From NCBI GenBank assembly GCA_030640805.1, contig DAOWIS010000015.1, positions 1 through 53,026 of the forward strand: a stretch of 53,026 bases of DNA, in the 5' to 3' direction. Below are positions 1 through 8,641 of the stretch, in pieces (the first letter of the stretch is position 1; each line of letters opens with the position of its first letter). Origin of the DNA: a bacterium (GTDB taxonomy: Bacteria > Patescibacteriota > Minisyncoccia > Minisyncoccales > DAOWIS01). The notes under the pieces are model-generated. The model was given only the letters and a program-made list of their open reading frames with translations. It was not told the DNA's origin and did not search any database. Position numbers and translations under genes: made by a program.

Positions 1-1
1 A

Positions 2-1174
2 GAAATTAAAAATCTGGCTAAAGAGCTGAAGAATTTAAAATTGACTTTCATCAATTCTACTCCTCGAGGAGGTGGAGTAGCCGAAGTTTTAAAGGGCCTC
101 GTTCCTTTAATATTAGATATTGGACTAAAGGTTAAATGGTACACTATTCCTCCCTCTAAAGAATTTTTTGCCTTGACTAAGGAACTCCATAATGCTTTAC
201 AGGGGAAAGAATTTTCTTTGAGTTTTAGGGCAAAACAAGTCTATCAAAATTATATAAAACGGTCGGCTAAATTGATGAATGGTATGAAATCAGATATTTG
301 GGTTATCCATGATCCTCAACCGTTAGGCATTATTAATAATTTGCCAAATCTTCATCCCTCGATAGCTCGTTTACATATTGATACCAGTTCTCCCAATAAA
401 GAGGCATGGGATTTCATTGAACCTTTTCTTTTAAGGTACGATAGAATAATTTTTAGTACTAAAGATTTTATTGCCAAAAGTTTGCCCCAAAAAAAGATTA
501 AAATTATTCCTCCAGCCATTGATCCTCTTTCGGGAAAAAATAAACCTTTATCAGTTCAAAAAGCAAAAACTATTATAGAAAACTTTGGCATCGATTTAAA
601 AAAACCTTTGATAACTCAAATTTCTCGTTTTGATCCTTGGAAAGATCCCTTAGGAGTAATCGAGAGTTATTTTTTAGCAAAAAAGAAAATTCCAGATTTA
701 CAATTGGCTTTAGCTGGTCTTTTTTTAGCTTTGGATGATCCGGAAGCAATGAAAGTTTTTAAACAGGTGGAAAAACAGGCCCAAGGCGAATCTAATATTT
801 TTCTTTTTTCTAATCCTCAAGAATTGGGTAGTTTAGAAGTTAATACTTTTGTTAATGCTTTTCAGGTTGGCTCAGATATAATTTTACAAAAATCAATTAA
901 AGAAGGTTTTGGACTTACTATTACTGAAGCAATGTGGAAAAGAAAGCCGGTCATTGGTGGCAATGTTGGCGGAATAAAAATTCAGATTGAAAATGGCAAA
1001 AATGGATTTTTAGTTTCTAATCCTAAAGAAACCGCCCAAAGAATAGTTCAGTTAATTAAAAATCCAGATTTATCTTTTAGATTGGGAAAAAATGCTCAAC
1101 AAACTGTTAGAGAAAAATTTCTAATGCCTCGGCTTTTAAAAGATTACTTAAAGTTGTTTAAAGAATTATTATAG
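2..1174 (+). CDS. treT: Trehalose glycosyltransferring synthase-like GT4 glycosyltransferase; the 5' end runs off the window
   Basis: The frame is open from base 2. Motifs NSTPRGGGVAEVL, FFALTKELHNALQG, SRFDPWKD and EGFGLTITEAMWKRKPVIG match the TreT/GT4 family as I recall it. Confidence 0.7.
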   Translation, partial: EIKNLAKELKNLKLTFINSTPRGGGVAEVLKGLVPLILDIGLKVKWYTIPPSKEFFALTKELHNALQGKEFSLSFRAKQVYQNYIKRSAKLMNGMKSDIWVIHDPQPLGIINNLPNLHPSIARLHIDTSSPNKEAWDFIEPFLLRYDRIIFSTKDFIAKSLPQKKIKIIPPAIDPLSGKNKPLSVQKAKTIIENFGIDLKKPLITQISRFDPWKDPLGVIESYFLAKKKIPDLQLALAGLFLALDDPEAMKVFKQVEKQAQGESNIFLFSNPQELGSLEVNTFVNAFQVGSDIILQKSIKEGFGLTITEAMWKRKPVIGGNVGGIKIQIENGKNGFLVSNPKETAQRIVQLIKNPDLSFRLGKNAQQTVREKFLMPRLLKDYLKLFKELL

Positions 1175-1180
1175 TAGTAA

Positions 1181-2032
1181 TCAGTGTTTATCCCATTTTC
1201 CCCTTGGCCAAATGGACATTTGAGGAAAAGGAATTTCGATCTCCTCTTTATCAAAAGCAATTTTTATTCGCTTTCTTAATTCTCGGGTGGCGTCCCATTG
1301 CCTTAAGGGTTTGGTCTCGCCAAGAATTTTAATTATTACTGCTGAATCAGCGAAATCATTAACCCCTAAAACCTGAGGGGTCTTGGTAATATCCTCTTTC
1401 CATTTTGGATCTTTAGCCATTTCTTTACCGACTTTATTTAAAACTTTTATTACTCGCTCAAGATTTTCTTTGTAGGCAATTCCAATATTAAGATTGATTC
1501 TAGAGAAACCTTTAGACAAATTAGAGGCTTTTTTTATTTCTCCATTAGGAATGGTATGTTGAATTCCATCTAAATCACGCAAAATTGTCTTTCGTAGGTT
1601 TATTTCTTCTACTCCGCCACAAGTTCCATCTAGACATATTACATCTCCTATTCGATATTGGTCTTCTAAAATTATAAACAGTCCAGCCAAGAAATCCCGA
1701 ACCATATGTTGGGCTCCAAAGCCAAAAGCAATTCCAGCGATTCCAGCTCCAGCCAGTAAGGGTCCGATATCTATTCCGAATTCAGAAAGAATCATCAGAA
1801 TTGCCATTACCCAGGCCATGATGCCCAAAACTGAACTAAAAACCTTAGTTAAAGTTTTCTCTCTTTTTTCCTGGGCTTTTCCGTCTTTTATTCGATAAGT
1901 TTTTTTAATAGATTTTTTAATTACTTTTCCAATAAAAACTCCGCCAAAGTGTTTAGTTAAATAAACGGCAATTAAAATACAAATGATTTTAATGCCATGA
2001 GATATAAACCAAGAATATATAATTGATAACAT
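1181..2032 (-). CDS. Small-conductance mechanosensitive channel (MscS family)
   Basis: N-terminal TM helices, then GAQHMVRDFLAGLFIILEDQYRIGDVI, which is typical of the MscS pore and beta domain. Confidence 0.8.
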   Translation of the reverse strand: MLSIIYSWFISHGIKIICILIAVYLTKHFGGVFIGKVIKKSIKKTYRIKDGKAQEKREKTLTKVFSSVLGIMAWVMAILMILSEFGIDIGPLLAGAGIAGIAFGFGAQHMVRDFLAGLFIILEDQYRIGDVICLDGTCGGVEEINLRKTILRDLDGIQHTIPNGEIKKASNLSKGFSRINLNIGIAYKENLERVIKVLNKVGKEMAKDPKWKEDITKTPQVLGVNDFADSAVIIKILGETKPLRQWDATRELRKRIKIAFDKEEIEIPFPQMSIWPRGKWDKH

Positions 2033-2044
2033 ATTTTTATTATT

Positions 2045-2950
2045 TTAGACCTTCGTTCCCCTAAGGGCTTTTATTCTTTTTTCTATTGGTGGGTGGGTCA
2101 TAAATAACTTCGTTAGCCAGTTTTGGGATTGTTTTCCTTTGAAAGGTGAAGAAAAATAGAGATGGGCAGTAGAATTGTTAGCTACTCTTAGAGGATGAGG
2201 ATCAGTCGAGATTTTTTCTAAAGCCCTAACTAATCCTTCAGGATATCTGGTTAAAAGGGCAGCAGTCGCATCGGCTAAAAACTCTCTTTTCCGGGAAATA
2301 GCCAGTTTAATTAAAGTAGCGGCAATGGGAGCTAAAATTGCCGCCAAAATTCCTATAATTAACAAAATAGTCCCGCTGGAATCTCTAGAACTCCTTCTTC
2401 TTCCGCTTCCACCCCAAAAACTAATTCTTAAAAACCAATTAGAGATTAAAGCAATAATTCCCACTAAAATTACTATCACTGTTCCCAGAAGCATATCTTT
2501 ATTTCCAATATGGGATAGTTCGTGAGCAATTACTCCTTCCAGCTCTACTCTATCTAATTTTTCTAAAAGTCCTCGAGTTATTGCGATTACGGCGTGGTTA
2601 GCATCTCTTCCAGTAGCAAAGGCATTAGGTTGGGATTCTTCAATTATATAAATTTTTGGCAAAGGAAGTCCGGCAGTAATAGAAAGATTTTCCACTAAGC
2701 GATAGAGTTCGGGGTTGTCTTTCTTTCCGATTGGCTGAGCATGAGAGATTGAAAGAACAATTTTATCTGAATACCAATAACTTCCCGAACTCATTAAAAT
2801 ACTAATAATCACAGCAATAACCAAAATTACATAACTGTCCAGCAGATAACTGAAAAGATAGCCAATTCCAATGATGAAAATTAAAAAACCAGTAATCAAT
2901 AGCCATGTTTTTCTAATATTTTTATCAGCTTGAGCATAAAGCGTCGCCAT
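2045..2950 (-). CDS. htpX: Zinc metalloprotease HtpX (M48)
   Basis: HELSHIGNKD HExxH motif, four TM segments, and a C-terminal THPPIEKRI motif. The ATG at 2950 is preferred over the upstream TTG of the ORF track. Confidence 0.85.
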   Translation of the reverse strand: MATLYAQADKNIRKTWLLITGFLIFIIGIGYLFSYLLDSYVILVIAVIISILMSSGSYWYSDKIVLSISHAQPIGKKDNPELYRLVENLSITAGLPLPKIYIIEESQPNAFATGRDANHAVIAITRGLLEKLDRVELEGVIAHELSHIGNKDMLLGTVIVILVGIIALISNWFLRISFWGGSGRRRSSRDSSGTILLIIGILAAILAPIAATLIKLAISRKREFLADATAALLTRYPEGLVRALEKISTDPHPLRVANNSTAHLYFSSPFKGKQSQNWLTKLFMTHPPIEKRIKALRGTKV

Positions 2951-3072
2951 AAAAAACCCCAATGACTAAATCCGAATTCCGAACAAATTCCCAAATCCCA
3001 ATAACCAAACTTTAAAAATTAGACATTTAGGCATTAGTTATTTATTCGGATTTCGAGCTTGGGATTTTGGGT

Positions 3073-3627
3073 TTAAAACCTAACAGACACTGGCTTTCTT
3101 TTTTCTGGCTCTTCCAATTCAAAGAATTCCATCTTTTGGAAATTGAAAAGATTAGCCACTATGTTGGCTGGGCAGGACTCAATTTTAATATTGAGATCCC
3201 GAGTATTTCCATTATAAAAGCGGCGAGCCGCCTGAATTTTATCTTCAGTATCGCGAAGTTCTCTTTGAAGTTCCAAGAAGTTCTGAGAAGCCCTAAGATC
3301 AGGGTAATTTTCAGCTACAGCAAAAAGAGATTTCAAAGTTCCTGACAAGATGTTCTCTGTTTGCTCTTTTTCTTTTAATCCCTTAGATTCCATTGCTCTT
3401 GTTCTTGCCTCGGTGACTTTTTCAAAAACCCCTTTCTCATGAGCAGCATAACCTTTTACAGTCTCTACTAAATTAGGGATTAAATTATATCTTCTTTTTA
3501 ATTGAACATCAATATCGGCCCAGGCCTCTTTGGTTCGATTTCGTAATTTTACTAATCCGTTATAAATAACAATAATCCAGAAAATCAGGATAATTAGAAT
3601 TCCTAAAACAATATATAAAATTTCCAT
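3073..3627 (-). CDS. lemA: LemA family protein
   Basis: N-terminal TM helix and a LemA-like sequence (WADIDVQLKRRYNLIPNLVETVKGYAAHEK). Confidence 0.85.
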   Translation of the reverse strand: MEILYIVLGILIILIFWIIVIYNGLVKLRNRTKEAWADIDVQLKRRYNLIPNLVETVKGYAAHEKGVFEKVTEARTRAMESKGLKEKEQTENILSGTLKSLFAVAENYPDLRASQNFLELQRELRDTEDKIQAARRFYNGNTRDLNIKIESCPANIVANLFNFQKMEFFELEEPEKRKPVSVRF

Positions 3628-3654
3628 ATTTGTTTTTCAATTAATTTATGACCT

Positions 3655-3730
3655 TTACCCCCACACCAAACGAGCATAAACTTTTGTTTTAACTAGGCGG
3701 AGCCTAATGCTCGTTCTGGTGTGGGGGTAA
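3655..3730. repeat. Long GC-rich inverted repeat (about 22-bp arms, about 29-nt loop) in an intergenic region
   Basis: ttacccccacaccaaacgagcat (3655-3677) pairs with atgctcgttctggtgtgggggtaa (3707-3730) with one bulge. Confidence 0.7.
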
Positions 3731-3790
3731 ATTTTGTTTCTATTTTAGTATATTATAGTTTAAATTTATAAGCAATATGATTAAAATAAA

Positions 3791-3820
3791 ACCCTTCTCG
3801 AAATTCAATTCGAAAAGGGT
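3791..3820 (-). terminator. Rho-independent terminator of the 3823..5607 gene
   Basis: acccttctcgaa / ttcgaaaagggt stem with one mismatch, followed on the minus strand by TTTTATTTT. Confidence 0.55.
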
Positions 3821-3822
3821 CT

Positions 3823-5607
3823 TTAGGATATTTTAAATCTAACCGCTGTCTCTCTTATGTCTTTGCTTTCTTCCGGGTCGTTGCGATCATATACAATAAC
3901 ATGAAGGATATAGTCTCCCTTCTCGAGATGATTCAATGTTCCCATTAAGAACGGTTGACCTTCAATATTTGCTGGCCAAGAGGCGTATACCGAGTCAGGT
4001 CCTGCATAAAGGGCAAATTCATCGTTCTCTACCTGATAGAGAATGTTATAAATGACCAAGGACTTAAGGCTGTCATTTTCGCCTCTTTTTAGTTCATACA
4101 GCTCACAATAGTAACTAGCCAATTGCCCCTTAAGATAAACATTCCCTGGTCGGGGCACAATAATCATTGAATTTCGGATAAACTTATGTCCGTTGTTTAT
4201 CACATAGGTCGAGTCAGCTGGCCAGATTGAATGAGCCATTACCAAACTGCTGATTTTATCCCGTCCCACCGCAAAAGCATGAGACGCTAAGGAGATAGTG
4301 GTATCAAAAATTCCTTTTTTTTGAGAACCACTGTCCGATATACTAATGCCAACAATGTAATTTCCTGGCGGGAGAGAATCGTGTCTGTACTGATCAATAT
4401 AAAACATACCCTTCTGTTGATCTTTTGGTAATTTTTTCCTGATGGTTGTACTGTCTTGAGCGACAGGCAGCATAGATTTTTCATCAAATATCACTATCTT
4501 TTCTGTAAAAATAGCCTCATTAAGAAAATCAGAATCGGAAAGTGGAGTTAGCTCTTCAAGAGGGATACCAAGATTTACATTAAACGCATAAGTGTCTCCT
4601 CTGTCAGAATCCCACTTATTTCTAAAATCCCACAAGCTCAATGCAAAATTCAGTTGTTCTCCAAGATCAACTGGAACTTCCGCTTTAGCCATATCAATCT
4701 TTTCAGTTTTAGTTGTTATGTACTGGCTTAGCGCTCTCATGCCGGCATCGTGAGAGAGACCTTTGTTTTCTAAATAAGGCATCAGCTCATAGTAACCGTA
4801 TCCGTAACGATCTTCAAATTGGAAAGTCCCATTTTCCCCAAGCCTATAATAAACCCAAACCTCGGATCTACTCTTTAAGTCTTCAATTACCTGATCTATG
4901 TCTTTTGTTTCATCTAAAGACACAAAATTACCAGAGCGATCAGAATAATAATCAGCAGGTTCTATAATATCGGGCGGTCCATACAAAATATAGACATTGC
5001 CTCTTTCATCCCCATGAAAGAAATCGTAGGCATGTTCTACCCTCTGGTCAAACTCTTCTTTGAATTCATTTATTCTAGTAGTGAGATCAGGGTCTTTCTT
5101 TGCCCACCAAATCCTCAAGAACTCTTCTCTATCCGGAGGAGAAGACATCAGAAACTTTTCCATTTCCTCTTCAGAGAATAAAAGTTTCATTGAGTAATAG
5201 AGGATTTTTCCTTCCTCGGTTTTCACCAGCTCCTTTCTTTTTTTGTCTAAGAGTTTTTTTATGAGTTTACTTCTCTCTTTTTCGTTTTTCAGAGAGAGGT
5301 ACCTTATCCGAGACAAAGAATCGCTTAAATAAACACGAAAGACTGTTTGTTCCTTAGGCGTCAGGGCCTCATATCTTCTGTTCCAAAATTCTCTCCAAAG
5401 AGAATCTTTTACAGATTTTAGGGTTGGAGTTAGATAATGTAAAGCAAATATATCTAACTCTGCTTTAGCAGCTCCAGCTTTTTTTAATTGCCCGTATTTC
5501 TTCTGGTCTTCCTGACTGAGATTCTTAGGCGAAAGAGGGCTTCTGGCCGCACAGCTTATAATCAGCAACGTTCCCAAGAACAATCCTAAATAAAAGTTCT
5601 TTTTCAT
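3823..5607 (-). CDS. GWxTD-domain-like lipoprotein
   Basis: Lipoprotein-type signal (LLIISC). WWAKKDPD...ERGNVYILYGPPD resembles the GWxTD domain core. The gene is visibly richer in G+C than its neighbours. Confidence 0.45.
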   Translation of the reverse strand: MKKNFYLGLFLGTLLIISCAARSPLSPKNLSQEDQKKYGQLKKAGAAKAELDIFALHYLTPTLKSVKDSLWREFWNRRYEALTPKEQTVFRVYLSDSLSRIRYLSLKNEKERSKLIKKLLDKKRKELVKTEEGKILYYSMKLLFSEEEMEKFLMSSPPDREEFLRIWWAKKDPDLTTRINEFKEEFDQRVEHAYDFFHGDERGNVYILYGPPDIIEPADYYSDRSGNFVSLDETKDIDQVIEDLKSRSEVWVYYRLGENGTFQFEDRYGYGYYELMPYLENKGLSHDAGMRALSQYITTKTEKIDMAKAEVPVDLGEQLNFALSLWDFRNKWDSDRGDTYAFNVNLGIPLEELTPLSDSDFLNEAIFTEKIVIFDEKSMLPVAQDSTTIRKKLPKDQQKGMFYIDQYRHDSLPPGNYIVGISISDSGSQKKGIFDTTISLASHAFAVGRDKISSLVMAHSIWPADSTYVINNGHKFIRNSMIIVPRPGNVYLKGQLASYYCELYELKRGENDSLKSLVIYNILYQVENDEFALYAGPDSVYASWPANIEGQPFLMGTLNHLEKGDYILHVIVYDRNDPEESKDIRETAVRFKIS

Positions 5608-5802
5608 TTCTTCTGTCTCCTATTCCATATTTTATTTTAAAGGTTCTTATAATTCTTTAATTATCTATAAAAATTTAACTTAAGTTAAAACCATCAGATA
5701 GTAAAAAATACTAAAAGTTACTAAAATATTATTTATAATATTATTTATCTATTAACAGTTTTTGTGACACCTCATCGCTGAAATACTGTAGAGATTGGGA
5801 TA

Positions 5803-5994
5803 TTATCTAAAGGAAGGAAAATTGGAAGAAGTAGTGCCACCACATACCCAATGGCACGTTTCTCCTTCAGGACTACTCCAACAATGCCAATAGCAACCCT
5901 CGTCTAATCCCACCGCTATCACATTAATGGAAAACAGTAGAGCAAATCCTATAATAACAGCTAAAGATATAGAAAGAATAATTTTTTTAGCCAT
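5803..5994 (-). CDS. Small signal/TM peptide with a Cys- and Trp-rich tail (hypothetical)
   Basis: 63-aa ORF with a hydrophobic N-terminus, then GCYWHCWSSPEGETCHWVCGG (CxxxC...CxxxC). No clear SD sequence. Confidence 0.3.
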   Translation of the reverse strand: MAKKIILSISLAVIIGFALLFSINVIAVGLDEGCYWHCWSSPEGETCHWVCGGTTSSNFPSFR

Positions 5995-6146
5995 TTTGCT
6001 TTATAAATAGGTTTAATTAGAAATCGACCTCTATCAAGAAAAAATTAGAAATTTTTCTTGAACTTCCTAATTATTCCTCCAATTCAAATTATACTCCTTT
6101 TAATGGAGAGTTGTCAACCCCACAAGATATTTTTGATTTTCTACTT

Positions 6147-6180
6147 GTACCTTGTACACGCATATACTTGTACAAGGTAC
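6147..6180. repeat. Palindromic element, family CCTTGTACACG-CATATR-CGTGTACAAGG (copy 1, one mismatch)
   Basis: gtaccttgtacacgcatatacttgtacaaggtac. Related copies lie at 33358, 35844 and 37391. Confidence 0.8.
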
Positions 6181-6260
6181 AGATTAATTTAATTTTAAAA
6201 AATCGCTTTGTTCATTATTAGTATTCTTTATTAACGATTACTATTAACTAATAATTAAAA

Positions 6261-6283
6261 AGGCCGGGAAACCGGCCTTTTTT
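6261..6283 (-). terminator. Bidirectional-looking rho-independent terminator after 6286..6795
   Basis: aggccgg-gaaa-ccggcct stem-loop flanked by an A-run and a T-run. Confidence 0.7.
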
Positions 6284-6285
6284 GT

Positions 6286-6795
6286 CTATTCCTGCTTTGT
6301 AAATTTTACTTTAGCTCTCCTCCTGAGTTTTATTTTTCTTAGTGTTTCTTTCAAGGTACTCTTGGGATTATATTCTTCTTTGCTTAAATCTAAAAATTTT
6401 ACTTTAACCCTCCTTCCAAATCTTATTGTTAGAGCATCTGCCAAAGTATACATGTGACTAAGATCTTCTTTCTGAAAAAAATAAAGATTCCATTCCTCTT
6501 CATCATCACCAAACCAAAGTATTGCCGAAACCCTTTCCTTAGTCTTTTTGACTGAAATTAAAAATTTAACTCTACCAATTCCAATTGGACGTTCTTTTTC
6601 TTTAGGTGGATCAGTCAGGACTAATGATTCAGAAATAGACCCAGGCTTAGCGGGATCAAAAAGAAGATTAGAGATCTTAGATACATTATAGTCCCCTTTG
6701 CTTAACCATTCAGAAATCTGATCAGAGAAATCAGGATTAGATTTCTCACTATTACTGTCAGAGTCATCCTTTTCTGCCTTAATTCCTTTTTCCAC
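6286..6795 (-). CDS. Hypothetical protein
   Basis: 169-aa ORF followed by a terminator. I recognise no family. Confidence 0.5.
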   Translation of the reverse strand: MEKGIKAEKDDSDSNSEKSNPDFSDQISEWLSKGDYNVSKISNLLFDPAKPGSISESLVLTDPPKEKERPIGIGRVKFLISVKKTKERVSAILWFGDDEEEWNLYFFQKEDLSHMYTLADALTIRFGRRVKVKFLDLSKEEYNPKSTLKETLRKIKLRRRAKVKFTKQE

Positions 6796-6852
6796 TGTTT
6801 TTTCCTCCCTCTTATAAAATTTTAAAGTGCTAAATAATTAAGTAAAATATAC

Positions 6853-6944
6853 TGGCGGAGGCGAGAGGATTTGAACCTCTGATGCCGATTAAGGCATATC
6901 CGCTTTCCAAGCGGACGCACTAGGCCATACTATGCGACGCCTCC
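6853..6944 (-). tRNA. tRNA-Ser (anticodon GGA), class II with a long variable arm; CCA is encoded
   Basis: The reverse complement folds as GGAGGCG acceptor, anticodon stem TCCGC/GCGGA, loop TTGGAAA, variable arm TGCC-TTAATC-GGCA, T arm AGAGG-TTCAAAT-CCTCT, and CGCCTCC-G-CCA. Confidence 0.85.
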
Positions 6945-6953
6945 ATAAATAAT

Positions 6954-7035
6954 TGGTGTGGGGGCGTGCTCACGATACCCTTTCGAGTATACGTGCTTTC
7001 CAGGCACGCCAGTTAAGCCACTCGGCCACCCCTCC
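6954..7035 (-). tRNA. Aberrant class-II tRNA-like sequence, either a tRNA pseudogene or a non-canonical tRNA
   Basis: The 5' half (GGAGGGGTGGCCGAGTGGCTTAACTGG, anticodon arm CGTGC-CTGGAAA-GCACG) is tRNA-like and the sequence ends in ACCA. I cannot fold a canonical T arm, and 2 of 7 acceptor pairs mismatch. Confidence 0.35.
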
Positions 7036-7049
7036 TTACTGACTTATTT

Positions 7050-7685
7050 TTAGTAATGAATTGCTACTGGTGTTCCTATTTCTGTCCAATTATAGAGAAT
7101 TTCTGCCGAACCAATTGGCAGTCGGACACAACCATGAGAAACAGGATGACCTAAACTTCTTTCCGACTCTCGATAACCGTTTAAAAAAGGTAATTCATGA
7201 ATGCCGTTCTCTTGACCAGCGATTCTATAAATTCCTAAAAAATAAGGCATTGTCCAATAAAGTCCATTAACTCCTCCATAAGCCATTGGATGTTTACTAA
7301 TCACTGAGAAATTGCCGGTCTTGGTAGGAGTAGAGCTTTTTCCAGTGGAGACAATATACTCGGCAAGTTTTTTTTCGCTTCTCCAAAGAATTAATATTTG
7401 TTTTGAGAGATTTATTTCAATTTTTTTCTCTATATTTCCATTTATTGGGAGAAAAACTGGCTGGGCGCTTGATAGTTCAACGATTTTATAAATATCATTA
7501 TAATCTATAATTTCTTCCGGACCAGTAATGACTGGAATCGAGGTTCCGGTTAAGATAAAAACAATCCCTAAAATCATCCAATTGAATATTGACTTGGAAT
7601 CCTTTTTGGCTCTAAGATCGATTATTCGTTTTTTCCCCTTATATCTTGGTGGAAAGATATCAAAAGTCTTTATTCCTTTACTCAT
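7050..7685 (-). CDS. L,D-transpeptidase (YkuD domain)
   Basis: Signal anchor plus the catalytic motif HPVSHGCVRLP. Confidence 0.8.
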   Translation of the reverse strand: MSKGIKTFDIFPPRYKGKKRIIDLRAKKDSKSIFNWMILGIVFILTGTSIPVITGPEEIIDYNDIYKIVELSSAQPVFLPINGNIEKKIEINLSKQILILWRSEKKLAEYIVSTGKSSTPTKTGNFSVISKHPMAYGGVNGLYWTMPYFLGIYRIAGQENGIHELPFLNGYRESERSLGHPVSHGCVRLPIGSAEILYNWTEIGTPVAIHY

Positions 7686-8391
7686 AATTTTTTAAAGGCG
7701 TTTTTCTGACAATACACAAAGGGGTTTGTTCTTTGGATTGACCAAGAGGGTTATCTCTAAATACTTTTTTACAAAAATCATCAGAAATATATCTGCTGGA
7801 TTTACCCAGAACTGCCACACCTAAATCATTGGCATCAATTATTATTACTTCCTGATTGATTTTTTCTTTAAGAAATTTGGCAACTTTATTAGGTTTTAAA
7901 GGTCCTAATTTAGCATATTTATTGTAAGGTGGAATAGTATAAGAACAGGGTCCGTCAATAGAAGCAACTTTTTTTCCGCAAATCCAATAGAACCCTCCTC
8001 TAAGACCAAATGGCTTGCTTAGGGCTGAGGCAACCATACCCAAAAACATTTTTGGATAGCCGGCCTCTCTAATAGCCAGTTCCATTGTCCAAGGACTGCC
8101 AATCCCGATACCGTAAGGAGATTTACGAACAAATTTTGAAAGAAATTTCGCCGGCCAAGAAGGGCTGATGTCTTTAATGGGCCAAGCTCGGCTTTGAGTT
8201 ATGGCTACAATCCGTTCGCTTATAAAAACAATATCATCTTTTTTTAAATGGGGCTTTAGATATTTTTCTAAGATATTTAAAAGGTTGTCCTTAGGGGTAA
8301 TAAGGCGGGTTTTTATAGGCAGACGGACATATTTATTTTTTTCAACCTCAATAATTAATTTCTTCCCTGGATTAGGAATAAACTCAACCAT
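7678..8391 (-). CDS. F420-0:gamma-glutamyl ligase (CofE)-like family protein
   Basis: DDIVFISERIVAITQSRAWPIKDISPSWPA resembles the CofE-family core. The assignment is tentative. Confidence 0.4.
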   Translation of the reverse strand: MVEFIPNPGKKLIIEVEKNKYVRLPIKTRLITPKDNLLNILEKYLKPHLKKDDIVFISERIVAITQSRAWPIKDISPSWPAKFLSKFVRKSPYGIGIGSPWTMELAIREAGYPKMFLGMVASALSKPFGLRGGFYWICGKKVASIDGPCSYTIPPYNKYAKLGPLKPNKVAKFLKEKINQEVIIIDANDLGVAVLGKSSRYISDDFCKKVFRDNPLGQSKEQTPLCIVRKTPLKNYE

Positions 8392-8416
8392 ATATTTAAT
8401 ATTTGATTTTATTTTG

Positions 8417-8487
8417 TGCCCCCAGAAGGAATCGAACCCTCGTCAATGGCTTAAAAGGCCACTGCTCTACCATTGAGCTATGGGGGC
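8417..8487 (-). tRNA. tRNA-Lys (anticodon TTT); no encoded CCA
   Basis: GCCCCCA acceptor, GCTC-AATGGTA-GAGC D arm, anticodon loop CTTTTAA, and T arm GAGGG-TTCGATT-CCTTC. Confidence 0.9.
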
Positions 8488-8641
8488 AAAGCGAATTTTC
8501 GATATGCTCAAATTCGCAGTAGTTAGTAGTTAGTAGTTAGTATTTAGTATTTAGAAAATAAGATAAAATCATTTATTATAAAAAGCGAAAATTTGCTTCC
8601 TAACTACTAATTACTCACACTAATTACAAAATTTAATTCTT

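Noticed and set aside
6954-7035. A small SRP (4.5S) RNA
   Set aside because: The 3' end GCCCCCAC and a GGAA-containing loop are superficially similar. However, the 5' half is clearly tRNA class-II-like, and the conserved SRP domain IV motifs are absent.
8201-8476. ORFs 8201..8476 and 46359..46595 as genes
   Set aside because: They overlap tRNA-Lys and tRNA-Glu respectively and the 5' ends of real genes on the other strand.
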